A stretch of DNA of 64,000 nt. It comes from Chitinophagales bacterium. Lineage in GTDB: Bacteria; Bacteroidota; Bacteroidia; Chitinophagales; LD1. Of this stretch, positions 40,301-46,654 are shown piece by piece (the first letter of the stretch is position 1; every line of letters starts with the position of its first letter). The stretch lies in NCBI GenBank assembly GCA_019638515.1, contig JAHBTS010000002.1, forward strand, positions 23,395 through 87,394, given 5' to 3'. Below the pieces are notes generated by a model, which was given only the letters and a program-made list of their open reading frames with translations, did not search any database and was not told where the DNA came from. The position numbers were made by a program, and so were the translations under genes.

Positions 40301-41035
40301 GAAACGATTAAGGCGAAAGATGTAGAATATATTGTTGATGAAAAAGTAAAAGCCGTTATAAAAGCTCGTTTAGAACAATTCGGGAACAAGGAAAAAGAAG
40401 CGTTTAAAACACCTTTATTTTTAAACGAGGAAAAACAAATTCCAATTAAAACAGTTCGAATCTTTAGAGGACTTTCATCTATTGTTCCGGTAAATAAAGA
40501 TGGATTGGGTTTTGTAAAACCCGGCAACAATCATCACATTGCTTTCTATGTTGATGAAAATGGAAAGAAAATAGAACACATTTGTACTTTCTGGCACGCA
40601 GTGGAACGTAAAAAATATGACCTGCCTGTTATCATCAAAAACCCTAACGAACTTTGGGATAAAATTCTGTTGCTGAAAGATGAATATACACAGGACTTTT
40701 TAGACAAACTTCCAAAGCATAATTGGACCTTTGTAGAAAGTTTACAGCAAAATGAAATGTTTGTTTTGGGGTTGAATGAGGAAGAAATACAACATGCTCT
40801 TTCAACCAATAATAAACGACTTTTAAATCAGCATTTGTATCGAGTGCAAAAAATATCCTCTAATGAATATGTATTTAGACATCATTTAGAAACCTCTGTT
40901 GCCAAAGATGCTAGCAAAGACGTAGAAAAAGCTAAGCAGGATTCAAAACGATACTACAATATTAAGAGTATAGGCTCATTTGAAAAACTAAATCCAAGAA
41001 AAGTTAGAGTTAGTAACCTAGGAGAAGTTGTATAA
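37364..41035 (+). CDS. cas9: Cas9, type II-C (1223 aa)
   Basis: - RuvC-I: ILGLDLGTNSIGWAL (D8)
- Arg-rich bridge helix: KRTSKRTQRKGYDRYQLRRK
- RuvC-II: IRIELARD
- HNH: DVEHIIPKS...SNKTLSHRSCNEAKGNKT
- RuvC-III: DHRHHAVDALVIA
Followed by cas1 and cas2 only, with no csn2 or cas4. Confidence 0.95.
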   Translation: MTTILGLDLGTNSIGWALIQQDFENKQGKILGMGSRIIPMSTDDKDEFTSGNTISKNQKRTSKRTQRKGYDRYQLRRKSLTNLLLKNEMFNDALFKLQPLELWGLRAKAVNEKIELKELGRVLYHLNQKRGYKSSRSDANLDKKDTEYVAEVKSRHQEIKEQGITIGQKFFAELQKDQYYRVKQQVFPREAYIEEFEAICKQQQKHYPQIITDEFIAQLRDEIIYYQRKLKSQKGLVNICEFEGFSTKNKEGKDAFVGPKVAPKSSPLFQICKIWEGINTISLKNKSGETFEISIEQKQELFKHLDNHEKLTSTDLLKILNLKKNDGWYTNKQIERGIQGNITKTQFLKYLPQDNELLTFNLTVKNSDKETYLVDRKTGDVKGSKQHLIIDADIEQQPLYQLWHTIYSIADVEECVNVLIKKFNLDREIAEKLANIDFTKYAFGNKSSKAIRKILPYLMQGDVYSDACSYAGYNHSNSLTKDENIKRILLDSIPNLPKNSLRQPVVEKILNQMINVVNAIIEKHGKPDEIRIELARDLKQNKEERNKTFTDLNKRERENETIRKRLTDEYKLRATRNNVIKWRLFHEINNEESKLNAFCVYCGKPFGITDALSGNNVDVEHIIPKSLLFDDSQSNKTLSHRSCNEAKGNKTAYDFMSSKTSDELNTYIERVDNLFKNKLINKAKRDRLLMPEAKIPKDFIDRQLRETQYIARKSKEILEQVCTNVWSTSGTVTEYLRRLWGWDDVLMNLQLPKYRELGLIEWKEWETNDGQKHKQEVIKDWSKRDDHRHHAVDALVIACTQQGFIQRINNLSSQGNRDEMYAEVGTTRKGSLLENYIVKHRPFTTKEVENKAAEILISFKAGKKVASFGKRKIKKDGKKQVVQTGIIVPRGALSEESVYGKIKSLDKNKPLKYLFENPDLILKGYIKKLVKERLAKHENDSKKAIASLKKETIYLDEENKKVLEYATCYKEEYVIKYPLETIKAKDVEYIVDEKVKAVIKARLEQFGNKEKEAFKTPLFLNEEKQIPIKTVRIFRGLSSIVPVNKDGLGFVKPGNNHHIAFYVDENGKKIEHICTFWHAVERKKYDLPVIIKNPNELWDKILLLKDEYTQDFLDKLPKHNWTFVESLQQNEMFVLGLNEEEIQHALSTNNKRLLNQHLYRVQKISSNEYVFRHHLETSVAKDASKDVEKAKQDSKRYYNIKSIGSFEKLNPRKVRVSNLGEVV

Positions 41036-41175
41036 GTATATATAAACTATTTCCAAATAGATTAGGCAATATTTCTAAAGTACAAGACTAATGCACCAAC
41101 CTAATATTATACTATTCCCAACATTATAGCATACTAACTAAAACTCTTTATTTTTTACTAAAGTTAAAAGCACAG

Positions 41176-41210
41176 TACCACATTCAAGGGGTTGAACCTT
41201 GAATGTGGTA
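41176..41210 (+). other. perfect 14-bp stem-loop in the cas9-cas1 intergenic region
   Basis: TACCACATTCAAGG-GGTTGAA-CCTTGAATGTGGTA, followed by AATAATAAATTTT (a weak U-tract). It may be the cas9 terminator or attenuator. Confidence 0.6.
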
Positions 41211-41239
41211 AATAATAAATTTTAGAACCCAATAAAATC

Positions 41240-42172
41240 ATGATAAAACGCACCATTTATTTTGGGAATCCCGTTTATTTGAGTTTACGAAATGCTCAAC
41301 TTCAAATTCGCTTACCGGAAGTTGAAAACAACGATACCCTGCCGGAATTGTTTAAAAAAAATGCTGTTACTACTATTCCGGTAGAAGATATTGGCATTGT
41401 GGTATTGGATCACAAACAAGTAACTATTACCCAAGCCTTAATGGAGGCATTGCTTCAAAATAATGCTGTGGTTATTACTTGCGACAGTACTCACCACCCC
41501 ACAGGTTTACTAATGCCGTTGAGCGGCAATACCATACAGAGCGAAAGATTTAAGGCACAGTTGGCTGCCAGCGAACCGTTAAAAAAGCAGCTGTGGGCAC
41601 AAACAGTTTCTCAGAAAATAAAAAATCAATATGCCGTTTTATGCAAGCAAGGTGTTGATGCCAATTATCTTACCACGCTATATAAAAGCGTAAAAAGTGG
41701 CGATTCCGATAATTGCGAGGCTTCGGCAGCAGCCTACTATTGGCAACGTGTATTTCCATCTATTCCAAATTTCAAGCGGGCTAGGGAAGGTACACCACCC
41801 AACCACTACCTTAATTACGGATATGCAATTTTAAGAGCCACCATGGCAAGAAGCATTGTGGCAGCGGGTTTATTGCCCACACTCGGTATTCATCATAGCA
41901 ACCGCTATAATGCTTATTGCTTAGCCGATGACCTTATGGAACCTTATCGTCCGTATATTGATGAAATGGTTTGCCACATTGTAAAAACATCTGAAACGGC
42001 AGCAGAACTTTCAAAAGAAATGAAGGCCTATTTCTTAAAAGTACCTGCCATAGATGTAATGCTGGATGGCGAAAAGAGTCCTTTAATGAATGCCACACAG
42101 CGCACAGCCGTAAGTTTGGTAAAATGCTTTAATGGCGAACAAAGAAAAATGCTTTATCCCGAACTAATATGA
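41240..42172 (+). CDS. cas1: Cas1 (type II)
   Basis: 310 aa. Cas1-like throughout (LNYGYAILRA, PTLGIHH...N.Y.L..DLMEPYRP). 4-nt ATGA overlap with cas2. Confidence 0.93.
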   Translation: MIKRTIYFGNPVYLSLRNAQLQIRLPEVENNDTLPELFKKNAVTTIPVEDIGIVVLDHKQVTITQALMEALLQNNAVVITCDSTHHPTGLLMPLSGNTIQSERFKAQLAASEPLKKQLWAQTVSQKIKNQYAVLCKQGVDANYLTTLYKSVKSGDSDNCEASAAAYYWQRVFPSIPNFKRAREGTPPNHYLNYGYAILRATMARSIVAAGLLPTLGIHHSNRYNAYCLADDLMEPYRPYIDEMVCHIVKTSETAAELSKEMKAYFLKVPAIDVMLDGEKSPLMNATQRTAVSLVKCFNGEQRKMLYPELI

Positions 42173-42513
42173 AAGTAAATACAGATAGACTAAATGCATA
42201 TCGCGTTATGTGGACCCTTGTAATGTACGACCTGCCAACCGAAACCAAGAAAGAGCGCAAAGCAGCAGCCACCTTTCGGAAAGAACTGTTGAATGATGGT
42301 TTTAGTATGTTTCAATTTAGTATGTATGTAAGGCATAGTGCCAGCTCTGAAAATGCAGAAGTGCATAAGCGCAGAGTAAAAGCAGCACTACCTGAATTAG
42401 GTAAGGTAGGTATTTTGCAAATTACCGATAAACAATTTGCACAAATGGAAATTTATTACGGAGCTAAGCCTCAACAATTGCCCCAAGTAGCACAACAATT
42501 AGAAATGTTTTGA
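42169..42513 (+). CDS. cas2: Cas2 (type II)
   Basis: 114 aa. Position and sequence (VMYDLPTETKKERKAAATFRKEL...GFSMFQFSMYVR) are typical of type II Cas2. Confidence 0.9.
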   Translation: MKVNTDRLNAYRVMWTLVMYDLPTETKKERKAAATFRKELLNDGFSMFQFSMYVRHSASSENAEVHKRRVKAALPELGKVGILQITDKQFAQMEIYYGAKPQQLPQVAQQLEMF

Positions 42514-42523
42514 AATAAAAAAA

Positions 42524-42544
42524 TCCGGGTTTTGCCCGGATTTT
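42524..42544. terminator. bidirectional intrinsic terminator between cas2 and the array
   Basis: TCCGGG-TTTTG-CCCGGA hairpin with TTTT on the plus side. The minus side has the longer T-run (TTTTTTTATTT), so it could stop both the cas operon and antisense pre-crRNA transcription. Confidence 0.7.
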
Positions 42545-42583
42545 CAATTAAAGAACTTCACTTTTTTTATTGGCAAAACAAAC
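42541..42583 (-). repeat. degenerate, inverted, partial CRISPR-repeat-like element
   Basis: The minus strand reads GTTTGTTTTGCCAATAAAAAAAGTGAAGTTCTTTAATTGAAAA. Collinear blocks GTTGTT / CCAATAA / GT[G]AAG / TTCT / GAAA match the plus-strand repeat GTTGTTACCAATAAGTCAAAGATACATTCTGAAAG with three indels. It carries the GTGAA variant also seen in the two solitary repeats. Confidence 0.45.
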
Positions 42584-42620
42584 TGAAACGGTTGCTGTTG
42601 CTTACTTTTTCGACTTATCT

Positions 42621-45619
42621 GTTGTTACCAATAAGTCAAAGATACATTCTGAAAGCTATTTACAACAATAAACGGTTGCTTCTTGAACTTTTGAAAGTTG
42701 TTACCAATAAGTCAAAGATACATTCTGAAAGCTATTTACAACAGATTTTTTACTTCCCGCAGGTTACATTATGTTGTTACCAATAAGTCAAAGATACATT
42801 CTGAAAGCTATTTACAACTAGTGTGATTCAATGGTACGAAGCGAAAATGTTGTTACCAATAAGTCAAAGATACATTCTGAAAGCTATTTACAACTCCGTT
42901 GTGGAGCACACTCATTAGCCACCTGTTGTTACCAATAAGTCAAAGATACATTCTGAAAGCTATTTACAACAGCGGTAAAATATATCAGTTGAGCAGCGAG
43001 GTTGTTACCAATAAGTCAAAGATACATTCTGAAAGCTATTTACAACTTTAACCACCGATGGGGAGTGGAGCGACAGTTGTTACCAATAAGTCAAAGATAC
43101 ATTCTGAAAGCTATTTACAACTATCGCTTTACTACTTTGTATTTGCCGGGAGTTGTTACCAATAAGTCAAAGATACATTCTGAAAGCTATTTACAACCTT
43201 ACTCATTTGCAAAGCCAAATCCATTTGTTGTTACCAATAAGTCAAAGATACATTCTGAAAGCTATTTACAACAATGTGTTGGTCTGAATATGATTGAAAG
43301 CGGTTGTTACCAATAAGTCAAAGATACATTCTGAAAGCTATTTACAACCATAATGAAGTACGACTACTGCGGCAGCACGTTGTTACCAATAAGTCAAAGA
43401 TACATTCTGAAAGCTATTTACAACTGTAAGACCGAAGATGAAAAAGCCATGATAGTTGTTACCAATAAGTCAAAGATACATTCTGAAAGCTATTTACAAC
43501 AAAATTATGGTGTAATATATGCCTATTATGTTGTTACCAATAAGTCAAAGATACATTCTGAAAGCTATTTACAACTGCGCAAAAGCGGTTGATGCGCATG
43601 AAGTGTTGTTACCAATAAGTCAAAGATACATTCTGAAAGCTATTTACAACCGCTAACACCTTGCGCCATCAAAGCAGAACGTTGTTACCAATAAGTCAAA
43701 GATACATTCTGAAAGCTATTTACAACAAAATCAATGCTATCGCCATTTTGCATAGGTTGTTACCAATAAGTCAAAGATACATTCTGAAAGCTATTTACAA
43801 CTAAATAAAAACTATTTTCATTTTAAAAAGGTTGTTACCAATAAGTCAAAGATACATTCTGAAAGCTATTTACAACAAAATCTAATTTTCGATATTCCCG
43901 AACCAAGTTGTTACCAATAAGTCAAAGATACATTCTGAAAGCTATTTACAACCCATCGCGCGAGGCTTGCAATATAGGTTCTGTTGTTACCAATAAGTCA
44001 AAGATACATTCTGAAAGCTATTTACAACTAGCCGTATAGTTGTCCTGCCTGTTTTGCGTTGTTACCAATAAGTCAAAGATACATTCTGAAAGCTATTTAC
44101 AACAACATGAAGAGTTTTTTCATTTACAATGTTGTTGTTACCAATAAGTCAAAGATACATTCTGAAAGCTATTTACAACTGAGCCGGAAAGTTTATGCTC
44201 TGCCATTATGTTGTTACCAATAAGTCAAAGATACATTCTGAAAGCTATTTACAACAACCACCAACATGAGTACGTAGTGAGCGGAGTTGTTACCAATAAG
44301 TCAAAGATACATTCTGAAAGCTATTTACAACAGCGAAAGCAGCCGCGACCTTACCTTTACAGTTGTTACCAATAAGTCAAAGATACATTCTGAAAGCTAT
44401 TTACAACTATGAGAATATACTCTTTAAAAGAAGGGTTGTTGTTACCAATAAGTCAAAGATACATTCTGAAAGCTATTTACAACTTAAAGGAGATGGCGAA
44501 ATAGATATTCAAGTTGTTACCAATAAGTCAAAGATACATTCTGAAAGCTATTTACAACATTTTCCCCATGAATGGCAAAACCAAAATTGTTGTTACCAAT
44601 AAGTCAAAGATACATTCTGAAAGCTATTTACAACATTCTCTAATTTGTTTAGAGGATACTCCAAGTTGTTACCAATAAGTCAAAGATACATTCTGAAAGC
44701 TATTTACAACCAGCTTACAATTACCTTGAAACATTCACAAGTTGTTACCAATAAGTCAAAGATACATTCTGAAAGCTATTTACAACAGATTTGTTAAACG
44801 AATAAAATTAAAATCAGTTGTTACCAATAAGTCAAAGATACATTCTGAAAGCTATTTACAACTACACGTTTTTGAAATATCTATTTGAGTAGTTGTTACC
44901 AATAAGTCAAAGATACATTCTGAAAGCTATTTACAACGCAGCATGCAGCATTTTGACTAAAAAATAAGTTGTTACCAATAAGTCAAAGATACATTCTGAA
45001 AGCTATTTACAACGGAACGCTGCAATGGCTGCAAACATTGCGGTTGTTACCAATAAGTCAAAGATACATTCTGAAAGCTATTTACAACTGTCGCTTGCGG
45101 ATTGGTCTGCACCTTCTAGTTGTTACCAATAAGTCAAAGATACATTCTGAAAGCTATTTACAACTATTAAGGCCAACAAGATTATTTACAGCCAGTTGTT
45201 ACCAATAAGTCAAAGATACATTCTGAAAGCTATTTACAACCCAAAGCAGCAGTATGTGCAGCAAATACGGTTGTTACCAATAAGTCAAAGATACATTCTG
45301 AAAGCTATTTACAACCAAACTCTTGGGCTAAATTTATCGCCAACTGTTGTTACCAATAAGTCAAAGATACATTCTGAAAGCTATTTACAACTTTTTCTTT
45401 GCACTTCCACTTTCAAAATCTGTTGTTACCAATAAGTCAAAGATACATTCTGAAAGCTATTTACAACTTAAAGCATCCGTTTCTTTTTTCTCGAAATGTT
45501 GTTACCAATAAGTCAAAGATACATTCTGAAAGCTATTTACAACTAATCGCTCGTGAATGCACAAGTAACGCACGTTGTTACCAATAAGTCAAAGATACAT
45601 TCTGAAAGCTATTTACAAC
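42621..45619 (-). CRISPR. CRISPR array: 40 identical 46-nt repeats, 39 spacers of 29-30 nt
   Basis: The plus-strand repeat is GTTGTTACCAATAAGTCAAAGATACATTCTGAAAGCTATTTACAAC. I located each of the 40 copies by hand (first 42621..42666, last 45574..45619, period 75-76 nt) and saw no variant copy within the array. The minus strand is assigned because the tracrRNA anti-repeat pairs with the reverse complement. Confidence 0.97.
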
Positions 45620-45730
45620 CAATAACAGGAAACGTATTGGCGATGGACGGGGCGTTTTGGCACTACACTTCTATTGAAGAAACGAATTTGAACCTGCCAT
45701 AAAACTATTCAAACGAAGCACTTCATCCGC

Positions 45731-45763
45731 CATATTGCCAAACCGATGTTATGTGTAGCTAGT
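45731..45763. repeat. left arm of the imperfect inverted repeat flanking the parDE cassette
   Basis: CATATTGCCAAACCGATGTTATGTGTAGCTAGT. 24 of the 27 positions of the right arm (46417..46443, reverse complement CATATTTCCGTGTTATGTGTAACCAGT) are matched, including a perfect 11-mer TGTTATGTGTA (45747..45757 versus 46423..46433). Confidence 0.6.
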
Positions 45764-45764
45764 A

Positions 45765-46066
45765 TTAATCGTTCAACCTGTTTTCAATATCCATTTGTTG
45801 ATGTAAAACTCTGATAATCTCAATTAGGTTCTCTTTTTATTGATTTTGTAGAAAATAAAATGCGATTTCACATTTGAGCGTAAATAACCTTTTCTAACGT
45901 GAGAATAATCTTTTCCAGTGTCAGGATTTTCGGCTAAGTATTCGATTTCGTCAAGTATAAGATTGTGAAATCTGTCAGCTTGTTCTACAGACCAAGTTTC
46001 AAAGGTGTAAAGCCAAATATTTTTGAGGTCATTTTGGGCTTCATTACTTATTTTGAACATCATCAT
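45765..46066 (-). pseudogene. parE: ParE/RelE-family toxin gene interrupted by a frameshift in a homopolymer
   Basis: The annotated frame gives 80 aa ending ...SHFIFYKINKKRT* (stop at 45824..45826). The adjacent frame continues KENLIEIIRVLHQQMDIENRLND* to 45765, the expected ParE C-terminus. The switch lies at the T5 run at 45834..45838 (A5 in the gene sense). Confidence 0.75.
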
Positions 46067-46311
46067 TTTGTGATGTGTTTTTGATGAAGCGTTTTCAGTA
46101 AGTTATTTCTATTAAAGTCTTTTACAAAACCAGATTTTTCTCCTTTTTTGAGTTCATTAATAAGTTCTGTTTTCTTAGTTTCTTCATATTCAAACATTCT
46201 CAATGCAGCTCTTACAACCTCACTTGCAGATGAAAATTTTCCGGATTGAACTTGTTGATTTATGAAAGCATCAAAATAATCTCCTAATAGTATTGAAGTA
46301 TTTTTTGCCAT
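46063..46311 (-). CDS. parD: ParD-family (RHH) antitoxin
   Basis: 82 aa. MAKNTSILLGDYFDAFINQQVQSGKFSSASEVVRAALRMFE is typical of ParD. ATGA overlap with parE. Confidence 0.85.
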   Translation of the reverse strand: MAKNTSILLGDYFDAFINQQVQSGKFSSASEVVRAALRMFEYEETKKTELINELKKGEKSGFVKDFNRNNLLKTLHQKHITK

Positions 46312-46416
46312 AACTTTATGGTTTTGTCAAAAAAACCAAATGTTGGTATTTTGTGCAAACTTTTTAAGTTGATTTTAAGGAGGAAGAGGAGTTTCTTTTT
46401 AAAAGTAGCGTTTAAA

Positions 46417-46443
46417 ACTGGTTACACATAACACGGAAATATG
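46417..46443. repeat. right arm of the imperfect inverted repeat flanking the parDE cassette
   Basis: See the left arm. It overlaps the 13-nt conserved flank of solitary repeat 1. Confidence 0.6.
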
Positions 46444-46450
46444 CGAAATC

Positions 46451-46496
46451 GTTGTTACCAATAAGTGAAAGATACATTTTGAAAGCTATTTACAAC
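46451..46496 (-). repeat. solitary variant CRISPR repeat 1
   Basis: GTTGTTACCAATAAGTGAAAGATACATTTTGAAAGCTATTTACAAC. Same orientation as the array, with 2 substitutions (C to G at 46467, C to T at 46479). Preceded by AATATGCGAAATC (46438..46450). Confidence 0.95.
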
Positions 46497-46600
46497 GCTA
46501 TGATGTCTCTACACAAAGACTCAACTAGTCTACACTATTTTAGAAATTTTGCAAGAGAGTATTGGCTCTTATCACTGGTAATAATAACCTTACTGCACAA

Positions 46601-46632
46601 TTAAACAAAAAACCACCTCCTAAGAGGTGGTT
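46601..46632 (-). terminator. intrinsic terminator of the T9SS-cargo operon
   Basis: AACCACCTC-CTAA-GAGGTGGTT hairpin (9 bp). On the minus strand it is followed by TTTTGTTTAA. Confidence 0.7.
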
Positions 46633-46654
46633 CGGAATAACTTTTTAAAAGAAT

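Noticed and set aside
41040-41100. The cas9-cas1 intergenic region as the tracrRNA location, based on an AAATAG-containing stretch faintly similar to the repeat.
   Set aside because: It has only about 15 of 26 matches, no adjacent nexus, and the reading direction runs into cas9. The locus upstream of cas9 has a far better anti-repeat, nexus and terminator.
42584-42696. AAACGGTTGCT is shared between the array flank (42584..42597) and spacer 1. A 14-nt identity (AAACGGTTGCTGTT) links the flank to pbpC (52545..52558).
   Set aside because: Matches of 11-14 nt are expected by chance several times in a 64-kb window. No repeat-like sequence accompanies them, so I do not read this as a degenerate spacer or a self-target.
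42532-45587. Nine track ORFs of 62-104 aa lying inside the CRISPR array, with recurring LPISQRYILKAIYN and VVTNKSKIHSESYLQ peptides.
   Set aside because: The recurring peptides are just the 46-nt repeat translated in two frames and stitched across spacers. These are translation artefacts, not genes.
42621-45619. Self-targeting spacers (matches of the 39 spacers to the island genes or elsewhere in the window).
   Set aside because: I could not screen 39 spacers against 64 kb on both strands by eye and noticed no match in passing. No claim is made; a BLASTN-short search of all spacers against the genome and phage/plasmid databases is needed.
45620-45730. A third, inverted degenerate CRISPR repeat just right of the array, adjoining the left inverted-repeat arm.
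   Set aside because: A position-by-position comparison of 45678..45730 with the solitary repeat unit gave only about 10 of 53 matches. The similarity starts only at CATATT (45731).
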